Origin: Cyanophora paradoxa CCMP329
Lineage: Eukaryota > Plantae > Glaucophyta
DNA: 64,000 bases
Reading direction: 5' to 3'
Assembly: GCA_004431415.1 (NCBI GenBank)
Contig: QPMI01000062.1
Location: 248,001-312,000 of the forward strand
Each line of letters begins with the position of its first letter. Position 1 is the first letter of the stretch. Below the pieces are notes generated by a model. It was given only the letters and a program-made list of their open reading frames with translations. It searched no databases and was not told where the DNA came from. Both the position numbers and the translations under genes were made by a program. This document shows, one piece after another, positions 36,137 through 49,000 of this stretch.

Positions 36137-39100
36137 CTACTTGATCTCGGAGAGGGTCGCGCGCGGGGGCGGGATCTCGGCGCCCAGGCGCTCCAGGTCC
36201 GCCTCCCCCAACAGGATCCGCCCGATCTGTGCGAGCGCGTACCCCCCGGGGTCAGGGCGGGGCGGGGGCGGGGGCGGGAGGGGACGGCCCCGGGGGGCGC
36301 ACGGCGTCCTCGCGGCGCAGCGGTTGCGCCATCGCCCGCAGAAAGTCGCGCGACGTCGCCAGCGCCTGCGAACGAAGGGCGTTGGAGCGGGGAGGAGGAG
36401 GGCGGGGCACGGGCGCGCCATCTCCACGGAGAGGTCGCTGTTCGCGTCCAGCAGCTGGTCCGTGATCCACCTGCCGGCAGAGCTCAAGATAGAAGAGCTG
36501 AGAGGGGGGCGGGGGGGGGCGGGCTCGCGGGCCTGGGGAGCTTGGAGCGCTTGTCCTGGCGGTTGTACCGCTTGTCGGCGAAGATCATGAGGCCGTAGTC
36601 GGTCTTGCTGCGGATGACGCGCCCCACGCACTGCGCCGCCTGCCGCATCTGCGCGCGGGTGAGGCGGCGGCCGGGCCGAGGCGGGGCGGGGCGGGGCGGA
36701 CGGCGTCGAAGGTGAGGAAGTCGCCCTCGCGGATCTGGAAGTTGTCGCGGAGGAACTCGAGGCGGGCGCGGAGGATGCGGGAGAGGGTGTACTGGAAGGG
36801 GACCCCGAAGAGCACCACGGCCCGCCCGTAGTGGTTGTCGAAGTCGATCCCCTCCGCCACCTGCCCGAGGGGCGTGAGGCGGGGCTCCAAGCGAGCGAGC
36901 AGGGCGGCGGGGGGCGGGGGGCGGGCCTTGCCGCGGGCGACGGAGAGGAAGACGGCGCCGCGGCCGCGGTCGCAGGCCTTGCGGAAGTTGGCGAGGGCGA
37001 GGGTCGTCTCCACCACGTCCGTCGTCTCCAGGAAGATGAGCTTGTGCTCCATCACCTGCTTGAGGACGCCCATGTCGTTCCACCCGCTCACGATCTCCTC
37101 CATGTAGAGGTACGACGGGAAGAAGCAGACCATCCCGTCCGGCACCGTCGCCGCCAGCTCCACCTGCCCCGGGGTCAGCGGGGAGGGAGCGGGGGAGGGG
37201 TAGGGCGCACGAGGAGGTTGCCGTAGTTGCGGACGACGGAGGGGTCGTTCCTGAGGTCGAACTTGGTGCTGATCGCCTGCTGGTCGCTCCCCCGCGTCAC
37301 CACGATCGGGCAGATGCAGTTCCGGTGCAGGCTCTGCCCGCAGTTCAGGGGCGGGGCGTGGCGGGGCGCGGGGGCGCGGGGGCGGGTGCGGGCCATGGGG
37401 AAGGAGCGGATGGTGACGGGGCGGAAGTCGAGGATGCGGGGGTAGAGGTCGAGGGGGGAGAGGGTGCCGGAGGTGATGACGACGGACTGGAACTTGGCGA
37501 AGACGGGCTTCACCGCGAGGCTCGCGTCCAGGCACGAGAGCTGCAGCACCGGGTCGTGGAACTGCGGCGTCCGGTCGTCGAACGGCTCGATGATGATCGC
37601 GAAGCCCTGCGCGCGCACACACAAACGGGTTCGAGCCCGGCTGGGAGGGTTCGGGGACAAGGGGAGGGACCTTGTTGTAGGTGGCGACGAGAGTGGCAAA
37701 GTGGCAGAGCTGCGCCCCCGGCGTCAGCGGCGCCGGGCCGCCGGCGGCGGAGGCGGGGCGGGGCGGGGCGGGCCTGGTTGAGGGGAGTGAACTCGTCCGT
37801 GTCCCCAACTGAGGGCGGGCGGGCGGCGGGCGTGAGGCGGGGGCGGCAGGGCGCCGGGGGCCGGGGCGGGGCGGGGGCGGGCGGGCGGACTCTGGAGGGT
37901 GCGGAGGAGGGAGGCGAGGCGGTCGTAGCAGAACTTCATCGGCTTCGCCTCGATCGTCGTCGCCTGGTGCAGCTGCGCCCCGGCCCCGCGTCGGCCAGGC
38001 GGGCGGGGCGCGGGGGCGCGGGGCGCACGCGGAGGAGGAAGGCGGTGGGCGTCTCGGTCTCGACGTGTTGGACGCCCAGGCGCTGCCGCACGTACTCGAG
38101 CAGCCGCCGCAGGAACGCGATGAAGTGCTCCGCCTTGCGGATGTTCCCCGGCACCGCCTCCGTCACCACGTCCCGCGGCAGCACCGCGTTCGCCAGCGTC
38201 CCCTCCGGCAGGTTCACCCCTGCTCGGCGCCGGCGGCGCTTCAGAGGGGCGGCGCCCGGCTCGGGAGGGGGCGGAGGGCGAGACGGCACCGGGGCGGGAG
38301 GCGATGCCCTGGAGGAGGCGGCGGTACTCCTCCTGGAGCTTGGCGGCGTCCACCTGCTTCGCCCGCGTGACCGCGTTCGAGAGCTTCGTCACGTTCGCTT
38401 GCGCCGCGTCCAGCGACCGCCGCGTCAGGTTCACGCTCAGCGCCTCGATGCACACGTTGTCTGCCCCCGCGCCCCGCCCCGCCGGCGGGTCGGAAGAAGC
38501 GGGGTGCGGGGGCGGGGGCGGGCGGGGCGGACCGATGTTGTGGGCCTCGTCGAAGACGACGATGCACTGCGGCTCGAGCTCGCTGGAGACGAGGCTCGCG
38601 ATCTTGGGGTCCAGCAGGTACTGGTAGCTGTACACGACGACGTCCGCCATCCGAATCGTGTGCCGCGCCAGGAAGTACGGGCACCACTTCTTCCTGCGCC
38701 CCCGTCCCCGAGCCACTCCGGTCGGGCCCGGCGCGGCGCGGGGCGGCGCGGGGCGGGTCGCGCGGCGCGGCGGGGCGCACTCCTTGGCGAACTCGCGCAT
38801 GTCCTCGAGCGTGTAGATGCCCTTCCGCATCAGCGCGTCCTGCCCCGTCTTCTCGAACTCCTGCGCGCGCGCGCGCGCCGGCGTCGGCGGGCCCTCAGCT
38901 CCGGCGGGGGCGCGCGGGGCGGCGCGGGGCGGGGCGGCGCGCGCCTCGAAGTACTCGCAGAGCTCGGTGCCGGGGTTCTCCTGGGCGGCCAGCCGCACCC
39001 AGGAGGCCGTCAGCTGGTTGCACTTCGCGTCCACCGACTCCCGGTGCGTCGTCTCGCTCACCTGCCCCGCCCCCGCGCCTCGCCCGGCCGCCCGGAGGGG

Positions 39101-39728
39101 CGCGGCGGCGCGCGAGGGAGCCGGCACGCACCCGCGGGTGCACGCACAGGTTCTTGCGCGAGGAGAGCCCGATCGCAAGGACCTGCGCACCCAGGCGCTC
39201 GCTCGCGGCAGGTGCGGCGCGCGCCGGGGGGGCGAACCTGCGCCCCCGCCTCCCCGATCTGCTGTTTCCTGTATCGGATGACCCCTCGAAGCTCTTCCAG
39301 GACCTTCCGGCGCCGGCGTCGGTGAGCTGCAGGCGGCGGCGCGCTGGGGCGGAACGAACCTTCTCCATCTCCGGCACCGTGCGCGTGCAGTAGATGAGCT
39401 TCCCGACCTCTTTGTGCGCGAGCTGGTACGACGTGATGAGCGACAAGAGCGTGACCGTCTTCCCCGTCCCCGTAGGCATCTCCAGCACGCAGTGGCCCTG
39501 CGCAAGCACCGCGTCACACGCGCGCCGAGGACGGCGTCCACGCGCGGAGTGCGTTCGCACCCGCGCGTCGAGTGCGCGCTTGAGCTCCAGCATGTAGTTG
39601 TACTGCTCCGGGTAGACATAGTCGTACGGAAAGTACACCGTGAGCCCTTCGAGGTTGAAACTGCGCGCTTCCGGTCACGGCATGCGCTGCGGCGGCGCCC
39701 GGCGGCGCTCGGTCCGTACGCACATCAT
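36137..39728 (-). CDS. XPD: TFIIH/NER DNA helicase XPD (ERCC2/Rad3), ~21 exons
   Basis: [105 protein letters not shown]. Confidence 0.98.
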
Positions 39729-40008
39729 CGCGGCCGCCGCACCGCGCCGGGCGCGAGCCCGAGCGCTCTACCTCGATACCCCAATCGAAGGCAGCCCGAT
39801 CGTGATAAGGAAAGCAGCGCTACGTGGCGGGGCTTCGCGTTCCAAGCTGCGAGTATGACGGTACCCCTTAGCTGTACGAGGGGTACAGTACCCTCGATCT
39901 CGGTAGCCTGGGTGAGCTCCGCCGCCTGGCCCGTCGCGAGGCGCGCCTGGTTGTCTTCGTAATCGTCCCTCACTCTGCCGCCGGCGCAGTCGCGTCGAAA
40001 CAGTAGCC

Positions 40009-41164
40009 ATGCCGCGCGACGCTTTCGCCCCCGGCGGCCGCAAGTATGGTGCGCGGATGTGCAGGGAGTCGCATTGAGCCCCGCGGGATGTGTCGGGACG
40101 CTTGCGGTTGCGTCCGCTCACTGCACTCTGCAGAGAAGAGCAAGAGCCAGAGCCACCGACGCGGCGGCGGTCGGCACTTCTCAAAGATGGAGGAGGAGGT
40201 TCCGGGAGAGGATGCGGAGAAGTGGCGCGCCCGCAGCAAGCACGATGAGGCGAGCCACGGACAATGCAGCGCGCGGCGGGGGCGATTCGCTCTCAGTCCT
40301 CGCTCATCAGGGCCCCGCCGTCCCTGCGCAGGATGACAGTGAAGAGGACAGCAGCGATGGGAGCGGGTCGGGCTCTGAGAAGTCGGGATCGGGCAAGGAG
40401 GGCGAGAAGGGCGAGAAGGGCGAGAAGGCCGAGAAGAAGAAGGCCGAGAAGCCCAAGGACAAGGGCAAGGTCGGCGCGGCATGCCGCTCCGCGTCGCGAT
40501 TACGTACGCATGCGCTTGACCGCATGCGCAGGCCCCCGCGAAGAAGGGCGACGCCGACTCGGACTCGTCGGAGGAGGAGCCCGCCGTGCGCTCGAGTCGG
40601 CGCCGCCGCGCAGCGTCTCGCGCAGCTCATCGCCCGTTCAGGCGCCGGCGGGGTCGAACCCGAATCGGGCAGGGCCGCAGCGCAACCTGAAGGTGTCGCA
40701 GCTCGACACAGCCGTCCCTGAGAAGCGCGAGTTGACTCGCCGGGAGCGGTGCGCGCTCGCGGGTGCGCCGTCCGCTCTGCCACGCCTCAGACCGGTGCGG
40801 CAGCGAGGAGCTGGAGAAGCAGCGCGCGAAGGAGGCCTACATGAAGAAGCATCTCGCGGGGCAGACCGAGGAGGTGCCCCGCGCCCGCGCCCGCGGTTCT
40901 CGCAGGGCGGCGATGACGCGGGACGGCTCGCAGGCGAAGAAGGATCTCGAGCGGCTCGCTCTCATCCGGAAGCAGCGCGAGGAGGCGGCGCGGAAGCGCG
41001 ACGAAGAGATCAAGGGTGCGCGGGCATTCGATTCAAGCTATTGCATCCTGCACACCTGGAATTTTTCTAGAGCATCACTGTACGGCATTTCCACCACGCC
41101 CCTTCTGACTCTCCGATTTCGCTACGCAGCGCGCGAGCAGAAGAAGGTTGAAGCCCGCAAGTAG
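40009..41164 (+). CDS. PDAP1: 28 kDa heat- and acid-stable phosphoprotein (PP28/PDAP1 family)
   Basis: NPNR...ELTRRER|[23 protein letters not shown]|[22 protein letters not shown]. Confidence 0.92.
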
Positions 41165-41746
41165 GAGAGGGCACGCGGCTCTTGCTGTAGGCTTCATAGC
41201 GTCTTGCTTTTAGATGACACAGTCGATACCGCCGCTCCCAGAGCAGCATCCCGTCCCTCGCCGTGGCTCCGCCCGGCCCCGCGGCCGGCGCTGGCTCCGC
41301 CCAACCCCGCAGCCGGCGCCGCGCGGCGGCCGCGCGTAGCTCGACAGATCTCGCGCGCGCGATCGACTCCGCCGTGTCGAGCAGGAGCATGCGAGCTAGC
41401 CGCCGCGACGCTGTACGCAGCGATACGCGAACACCTACCGGACTGCGCTTCTGTCACACCACGACAACGTACCCCAGCTTCGCGATCGGCTTACCGATCC
41501 GACCGCCGTCTCGCCGAGCCGGATTGAGCAGTACCAATCAACCAATACGCCAGCAACGACCGCACCATGGAGCGCTAGACGTCGAGGTGCGTCGTATACC
41601 TGAGGACGTTCAAATGAGTGCCCGGGAAGATACGGATATCTGTGACCTTAAGAGTCTTCTGGGACGCCGCCTTATCCGTTTCCTCTTCTTTGCTCGCATT
41701 GGAAGGGATCCGCCGGCGTCCCGCGCCTGACGCCGGCTCGTAGACG

Positions 41747-44272
41747 ATGCAGAGCACACGGGGTCGACGGAGGTCCCACACGGGCCAAACAGCACATCAT
41801 ACGGGTTATGGCAACTTGTAAGTCACCTTTTAACACGTTTCTCCCCTCTAGCTAAAGCCCTTCCCACTCCTGGCACGCGCCACGCGTCTGACAGCTTGGG
41901 AGGCACCCCGCTGACCGTGCGTACGTTTCGCTCCTCAGGATATCATCAGAAATGGACATCGGGCGAGAGGAAGTCACGGTTCCCGAGGAGGCCTCGTTTC
42001 TGAGGGCGAGGAGGTTCGTTCCGAGCCGCGCTGCGAGGCGCGCTGTGACGCCGCGCGGCCGATCGTCAGAGATTCTCGCGGGATGTCTACCCGCATCGTC
42101 TCTTCTGCCGTGCGTGCGGCGCTTGGCGACGGGCTGGCCAAAATTCAGCGCGCCAAGCCGCAACCGCGACCCAGTGTACGTGTCTCGGTGTCCGCGTCGC
42201 CACGAATGCTCATGCTTTTTGTCTCAGAGCACACAGAAACTGGTGCAGCATGCGGAGGAGGGGCTGCTGCGGCCGCTATCGGTCGACGACGCGGCCAGTC
42301 GCACCTCGAGCGAGGACGCGTGCCCGCCGTCCCCAGGAGGCCGCTCCAGCGACGAGTGCGTGATGGGGCACGCGCACAAGCTCCCGCCGATGTCGCCCGC
42401 ATCCGTCGACGTGTCGTCGGAGTCCCCGATCGAATCGTGCCCCAGCGACTGCGAGCTCGAGCCCGACGAGGGCGGCACGCCGCAGAAGTCAGCAGCATGC
42501 GCGCTGCCAGAAACGCCGCCGCTGCGCACCCGATCGTTCTCCTTCGGGGTATCCCCGTCGGTGGCGGCTGCGATAGCGTACGGTGCGCGACGAGGAGGCG
42601 CAGCGCTTATTCCTCCGCTGAGGCGCGAGCAGGTCCGTCGGCGGCGCGGCACCCGCACCTGGAGGACTACGCGTGGGCGTGGCGGCGGCCGAGCGCGCCG
42701 GAGCCGGCGGCGGACGACGCCGCAGACGCCGTCGCGCGCGCGCAGCTGGCGGCCCTCGACGCCGAGCTGTGGGAGGAGGCGCGCCGCGCCGGCCCCGAGC
42801 CGGCTGCCCTCGCCGTCTACCGCCGCTGCATCCTCGCCTTCCTGACCCGCTCGCCATGGCCGTGCGCCCGCGCCGCCCGCCCCGCCCGCGCCCCCGCACG
42901 CCCGCCGACGCTGCGCAGGTTTGCCCGGGCTGCCGCCTGGAGCTGGTCGGCTCGTGCGCCTCGGGCTCCGCCACCGTGCGCCGCGCCCGCCACCGGCCGC
43001 GCCGCCGCCGGCCGAGCGCGCCGGCAGAGCGAGAGCGACATCGACGTGGTGATCCTGACGTGCGCGCCGCCGGCCGGCCGCGGCCGCGCCATCTCCCTCC
43101 TGAACAAGTTCGCCGAGCTCCTCACCGCCAAACACGTGCGCGCGCGCCCTCGCCGCCCGCCCCGGCCGCGCCGCGCCTCACGTAGCGCCGCAGGGGGGCG
43201 ACCGTGACGCCGCGGCGGCCGTGCGGGACGCGCGCTTCGACACGGTCCGCCCGCCCCCGCACCGGCGCCCGGAGCACGCCTGCGGCGTCCAACGGGGCGG
43301 GCGGGGGCGGGGCGCAGAAAATCCGGAGCGTGCAGGTGGTCTCGAACGCCCGCGTCCCCGTGCTGCGCTTCGAGGAGCCCCACATCGGCGCGCCCCGCCC
43401 GCCCGCCCGCCCCGCCGCCCCGTCCCGCCGCTGAGGCGGGGCGCGCAGAGGTGCGGTGCGACGTGACGGTGGACCAGGTGCTCTCGGTGCACAACACGGC
43501 GCTGCTGCGCGCGTACCTCGCCGCCGACGACCGCGTCCGCGCCCTCGTCCTCCTCGTCAAGAAGTGGGCGGGGGCGCGCGGCCTGCGCGACGCCTCCCGC
43601 GGCTCCCTCTCCGCCTACGCCTGGTCCCTCCTCGTCATCAACTTCGCCCAGGCCCGCCCCGCCCCGCCCCGCCCCGCTCTGTTTTGCTCGCCCGCCCGCC
43701 CGCCCGCCCGCGCTGACGATCGCGGCCGCAGTGCGTGCCGCGGCCGCCGCTGCTGCCGTGCCTGCAGTCGGCGGCGGCGGTGGACCCCGCGCGCCCCGCC
43801 GGCGCCACCCGCGAGACCGTCTACAGCGCCGCGGGGGCGTACAAGGTCCGCCCCGCCCCGCCCCCGCCCCCGCCCCGGGGCCCGCGCCTGAGGCCGGCGT
43901 CAGGTGGAGTACGGGCGGGGGTGCGAGGGCCTGCTGCGGGGCGGGGAGCCGGGGGCGTGCCTGGCGGAGCTGCTGGTGGAGTTCTTCCGCTTCTACGGCT
44001 TCGACTTCCGCTACGGCGCCGAGGCCGTCTCCGTCCGCTCGGGGCACATCGCGCCGCTCGGGGCGGGGGCCCTCCCCGCGTGGCCCAAGCTGGTGGTGGA
44101 GGACCCCTTCGAGACGGACTTCGACTGCGCGCGGACGCTGAGCAAGGAGCAGCAGGCCGTGCTCGTCGAGGAGCTGCGCGACGCCTACTACGACCTCCTC
44201 CAGGGCCGCCCCTTCCGCGACATCTGCGCCGCCCCCCGCAGCGCCCGCCGCCGGCCCCCGGAGGCCCTCTAG
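41747..44272 (+). CDS. Cid1/TUTase-like terminal RNA nucleotidyltransferase (non-canonical poly(A)/poly(U) polymerase); 5' end uncertain
   Basis: VGSCASGSAT|SESDIDVVI, SNARVPVLRF, CDVTV..HNTALLRAY, LVKKWAGARGLRDASRGSLSAYAWSLLVINFAQ, LLVEFFRFY, LVVEDPFE. Confidence 0.9.
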
Positions 44273-45369
44273 GCCCCCGGGGCCCCCGCGAGCCAGGGAC
44301 CGAGCCACGCGCCCCTTTCCTCTCTTCTCTCCATCTCCATGTAACTTGTGCAGTCTTCATAGCTCGTAGGGAACCAATTTTGCAGACCGGTAGTGGATAA
44401 TTGTGCTTGGTTTTGATTCGTGTTGCAGCTCTCAGTCGCATCGGCATCATGTCCAGTCCTGTTATCCATCTGCCTCTATACAGTGTAGCTATAGCTGTTC
44501 CTCATTCAAACCTCGCGCCGCTTGATGCGCTTCCCGAATAGGAAGCAGCTCTCACTTTAGTTTGAGTGCAGCAACCACCTCGTTCTTTCATTATTGCGTA
44601 GCGCAGCTTTTTAGGTAGTGTATACGTAACTTTCAAGGCAGCTCAAGGCACGAGTTTGTATTATATTTGACAAGAACCGTTACGTCCGGAGCTCGAGGGG
44701 GGACCGGGGGGCGTACTATAGCGGGGAGCGGGGGGGGAGTGCTCTTATTATAAATTATTTTAGCGGGCCACTGGCATGGGGACGCGCGGGGGGGGGGGGG
44801 GGGGGGGGGAGGGGGGGGAGATAGAGGGGCGGGGGGTGGGGGCAGCATTCCCGGAGTCCGCTCTATCAGAGTATTCAATCAACTTCGGAACGGAACAGGG
44901 ACACTGCTGTCGCAGAGGCCCTGTTGGAGGGGAAGGACCTCTTAATTATATAAGCTCTGAGCAGGAAAGGGGGTCCTGTGGAGTCTTGAGACTCTGAGAT
45001 CGGATAGCTGATAGGAGATCGGAGCTTGTGGGATCCGGAGGTGAAGCACTAGCCGCTGAGCGTTTGAAAAGAGAAGCGGGGCCTGCCGCAGTGCGAAGGC
45101 AGAACAGGTCAGATCTGCCAGAGTGCCTAGCTAGAGGCGCGGGATCCCGACTGCACCTTGGTGCTTTTTCCAGCACGCTGGAGCCCAAGCTCTAGCTGCT
45201 TGAAAACGAAGTGTGGACTGCGAACGCCAGGTTCCGTTGGCTTGAGCTCCTGAATCAGGCCTGCAGCAGCGCTCAAAAACAATAAGTTAGCAAGGAGAAA
45301 CGAGCAGCCGAGACGAGCAGAGCTGAGCGCGCGCATGCGCACTCATAGAAAAAGTTACGATGATGCCTC

Positions 45370-45880
45370 TCAGGCGCGAAGCGCGGTGTTGCGGCTCGTG
45401 GGAAGTGAGAAGCCAGCGAGTGCCGAGGCCAGGAGGCCGATGTGGTCGAACCTGGTGCGGCCGGAGGCAGACCGTTCTATGCGCACTGTGAGCATGGCGT
45501 ACTGAGGCACTAGATTGCCGATGGCAGCGCGGCGGCCGTCGCGCGAGCAAGAGCGCATCAGAGCCGTCGGCTTCTGTGCGCGCCCGGCGCGGGATTGCCG
45601 GGCGGCGCGCGAGCTCACCTTTCACCTCGCAAGAAAGCGGCATGGTTGAAGAGATCGCAGTCGCCGAGCTCGGATCTGCGGGCGGCAGGTGCGGGGCAGT
45701 CAGAACCATCGGCGCGCACTTGGCCAAGCGGCGCGCACCGGAACGCGGCGTCGCGGGCGCCTTCTTCTTGCACTGCCCGACGTGCTCATGAACATACAAG
45801 TGCGAGCACAGGAGCGCTGCGAGGTTGCACCGCCGCGGCGCGACGCCGCCCAGGTACCGGTACAAGCGCCATGCTGTAGG
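45370..45880 (-). CDS. Possible small spliced hypothetical gene or relic, divergent from the STAND gene
   Basis: One convincing gt...ctgac...cag intron (~45676-45738) and an ag|gtgagc donor; no recognisable protein. Confidence 0.25.
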
Positions 45881-46000
45881 CTGTTTTGTTTTTCGGCGCA
45901 AGCCGTTCAACTTGATAAGGACGCATCAGCGGCATCCAAAGCAGCCGAACCGCGACAGAGGGCGCCATTATCACGCGCTCATTGCACCAGCTGATCGCAA

Positions 46001-49000
46001 ATGGGCTGCTGCCAGTCGAAACTGAATTCGAATGCAAGCGCTCGCAGCGCAGTGCCAACGGCAACGAGAACCGCGAAGCTCGAGGAAGTGACTGTAGTGG
46101 TTTCGGACCGTCCGCCGACCCCAGCGACCCGCCCACCGGACCCTTCCGCGCAGCCTAGACCTGCAGCCACACCTGCGCCTGCATCGACGACCCAGGCGTC
46201 GGCAGCTCGTCAAGATGGGGCACCCCAGCAGCTCACTGTGCACGGCGTGCCGGTAGAATGGCCAGCCGCTGCGGTCCGGGCTCCTTCGACGGCCCCGCGG
46301 CCGGCTGCGGCTCCCTCGGCCGCGCTCCGGGACGGTCTGCTGGCCCAGAAGCGCGTCGTGCGCATCTTCGTCTCCTCGACCTTCCGTGCGCGCGATTGGG
46401 ATCCTTCTAGGCCAGCGCAGGCCGCGGCCGCCCGTTCCTTTCTGACCTGTGGCCGCGCCCGCAGAGGACATGCAGGCGGAGCGGGACGCCATTCGCAGCT
46501 TCGTGAACCCGACGCTGAAGGCGATGTGCGTGGAGCGCGGGCTCTTCTTCCACTGCGTCGACCTCAGGCCCGGCCCGCCTGCGATTCAATCTGGCCTCCC
46601 CCGGACTGAGGCCGCGCGCCGCAGGTGGGGCATCAACGAGGAGGCGTGCCAGGCGGGCGAGGTGACGCTCCTGTGCCTGCGAGAGGTCTTCCGCAGCACG
46701 CACTTCGTCGGCCTGCTCAAGGTGCCGCCCTTCCTGCGCGACGCCCGGGGCCGGGGCCGGGGGGCCCGCCGACGGAGCGCGGCGCGACGCAGGCTCGCTA
46801 CGGGTGGCACCTGCGGCCCGACGCGCCCGCCAGCGACACGGGCAACGGCCTCTTCCGCCTGTGCGCACCATTCCGGGAGCCCGTCCCCTCCGAGGAGCCG
46901 CCAGTGACCGGAGGCGCTGGGCAGGAACCTGGATCGCGCCGCGGAGGAGTTCCCCTGGGTGCGCGAGTGGGAGGACCGCAGCGTGACCGAGATCGGTGCA
47001 TGCGCGAGCGGGCTCCGGGCCGCGGCCGCCCTCTTAAGCGGCCGCGCGCAGAGATCCGCGCGTGTGTGCTCGGCGGCGCGGCGCGGACCGCAGGGGCGGG
47101 GCCCCCAGCCCCGCGCCTCGAGGTGCGGCCCCGCCCACAACGGCCGACTTTTGGTGCCGTTGGCTCACGGTCCTCCCTCAGGCGATGCGCGGGAAGAGCT
47201 TGTTTTACGTGGCCGGGCCGGGCCTGATGCGGGACGCGGTCGCCGCCGGCGGGGCCGGGGAGGGCCCCTACGCCGAGCAGCGCCTGGAGGCGCTGAAGGG
47301 CGAGATCCGCGCTGCCGGCCTGCCCGTCGTTGAGTACCCCGACGCCCAGCGGCTCGCCCTCGCCATGCGCGACGCCCTCCAGGCAGTGCGCGCGTACCCC
47401 GGCGCCGATCGCCCGCGCGCCCCCTGACCACGGCCGCAGAGGCTCGAGCAGGAGTTCCCGCTCCAGAGGGAGCGGCCGTGGCTAGAGGCGGAGCGGGCGC
47501 AGCACGAGGCGTTCGCGGCGTCGCGACAGCGCGTCTTCGTGCGCAACCCGGAGGACATAGACGCGCTGAGCGCCTACGCGGCGGCCTCGGGCCCCGAGGT
47601 CCTCGTCCTCCACGGCGAGGGCGGCTGCGGCAAGAGTGGTGCGCGTGCGGCCATCGGGCGCGTGTGCGTAGTCCCGTTGCTGACGGTGGGCGGCCGGGCA
47701 GCGCTGCTTGCGAACTGGGCACGGGAGTGGGCCGCATCGTACCCCGACGACCTGGTGGTCGTGCACTTCATCGGCGGATCCCAGAGCAGCTCGCTGCTCG
47801 CGTCGGTCGCCCGGTTCGCGTACCCCACCGCGCCTCGTCCTCCACGCGTCCCGCCAATTCCGGGCTGCCTGGCAGACGCATCAGCGAGGAGGTCTGCAGC
47901 CGATGGCCCGGGGCCGAGGACATCGACGTTTGTGGCACGGACGCCGAGGTGGCGGCCCACCTGAGCGCCTTCCTCGCTGCAAACTCCGGCTGGCCTTTCC
48001 GCGCTGTCCTCATCCTAGACGGACTGGACCAGCTGCGGGGTGACCCCGCTGCGCGCAACCTCGCATGGCTCCCGCCCTCCGCCGGCCTCTGCCTCCGCAT
48101 CTTCGTCTCGAGCCTGCGCGGTGCGGCTCCCGCTGCGGCTGAGCCTTGGCGCCCCATCAACGCGGCCCGGTAGGCCCGACGCTGGACGCCGCGATGGCGA
48201 GGGCGCACATCGCCCGCAAGGTCGTGCCCCTCACGGAGCCCCGGCGCCGGAGGCTGGTCGAGAGCGTGCTGAAGGAGCAGGGGCGCGCCCTGTCCGACGA
48301 GCGCCTCGAGCGGATCGTGCACGCCGACGCTTGCCGCAACGCGCTCTTCCTGACCGTCCTCCTCGACGAGCTCTCGAACGTCTCTGTTCACGCAAATCTC
48401 GACTCCGACATTGACGCCTTCCTTGGCTGCGGGGACGAGCCACGGGACCTCTTCCGGCTCGTCCTGCGCCGCCTCGGCTCGCGCCACGGGGCGACCCTCG
48501 TGCGGGACATTGCGTCGGCCATCGCCTGTGCGCGGCACGGGATGGCGGAGGACGAGCTCAGGGCCTTCGTAAGCGTGGATGCGACCGGCGGGCCGCGGGA
48601 GGTCGACTGGAGCCTCTTCTGGCACGACTTCCTGGGGCTCGTCGTCTGCCGTGACGGGCCATACACCTTCTTCCACCGATGCACAGCGGAGGCGGCGGAG
48701 CTCGAGTTCGGCCTTGCGGGCGAGCAGTCAGCGAAGCAGCGGGCGGCCGTCCACGCGCGGCTGGGCGAGTTCTTTGCCTCGCAGCCGGCCTCGCAGCGGC
48801 GCGCGGAGGAGGGCCCGTGGGCGCTGGCACGGGGCGGGTCCGACTGGGGCGAGCATCTGGCGGGGATCCTGTGCGATGCCGACGTCCTTGCGCGCCTGGA
48901 CGGCTACGAGCTGGTGGAGCTCTGGCTCGCGAGCGGGCGGTCCGACGAGGCCGCAGGGCGCTACGCAAAGGCGCTCCGGTTGGGGGGAGAGGAGGCGGAC

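Noticed and set aside
37325-39325. 666-aa + strand ORF
   Set aside because: Antisense to XPD exons; stop codons are rare at this GC content
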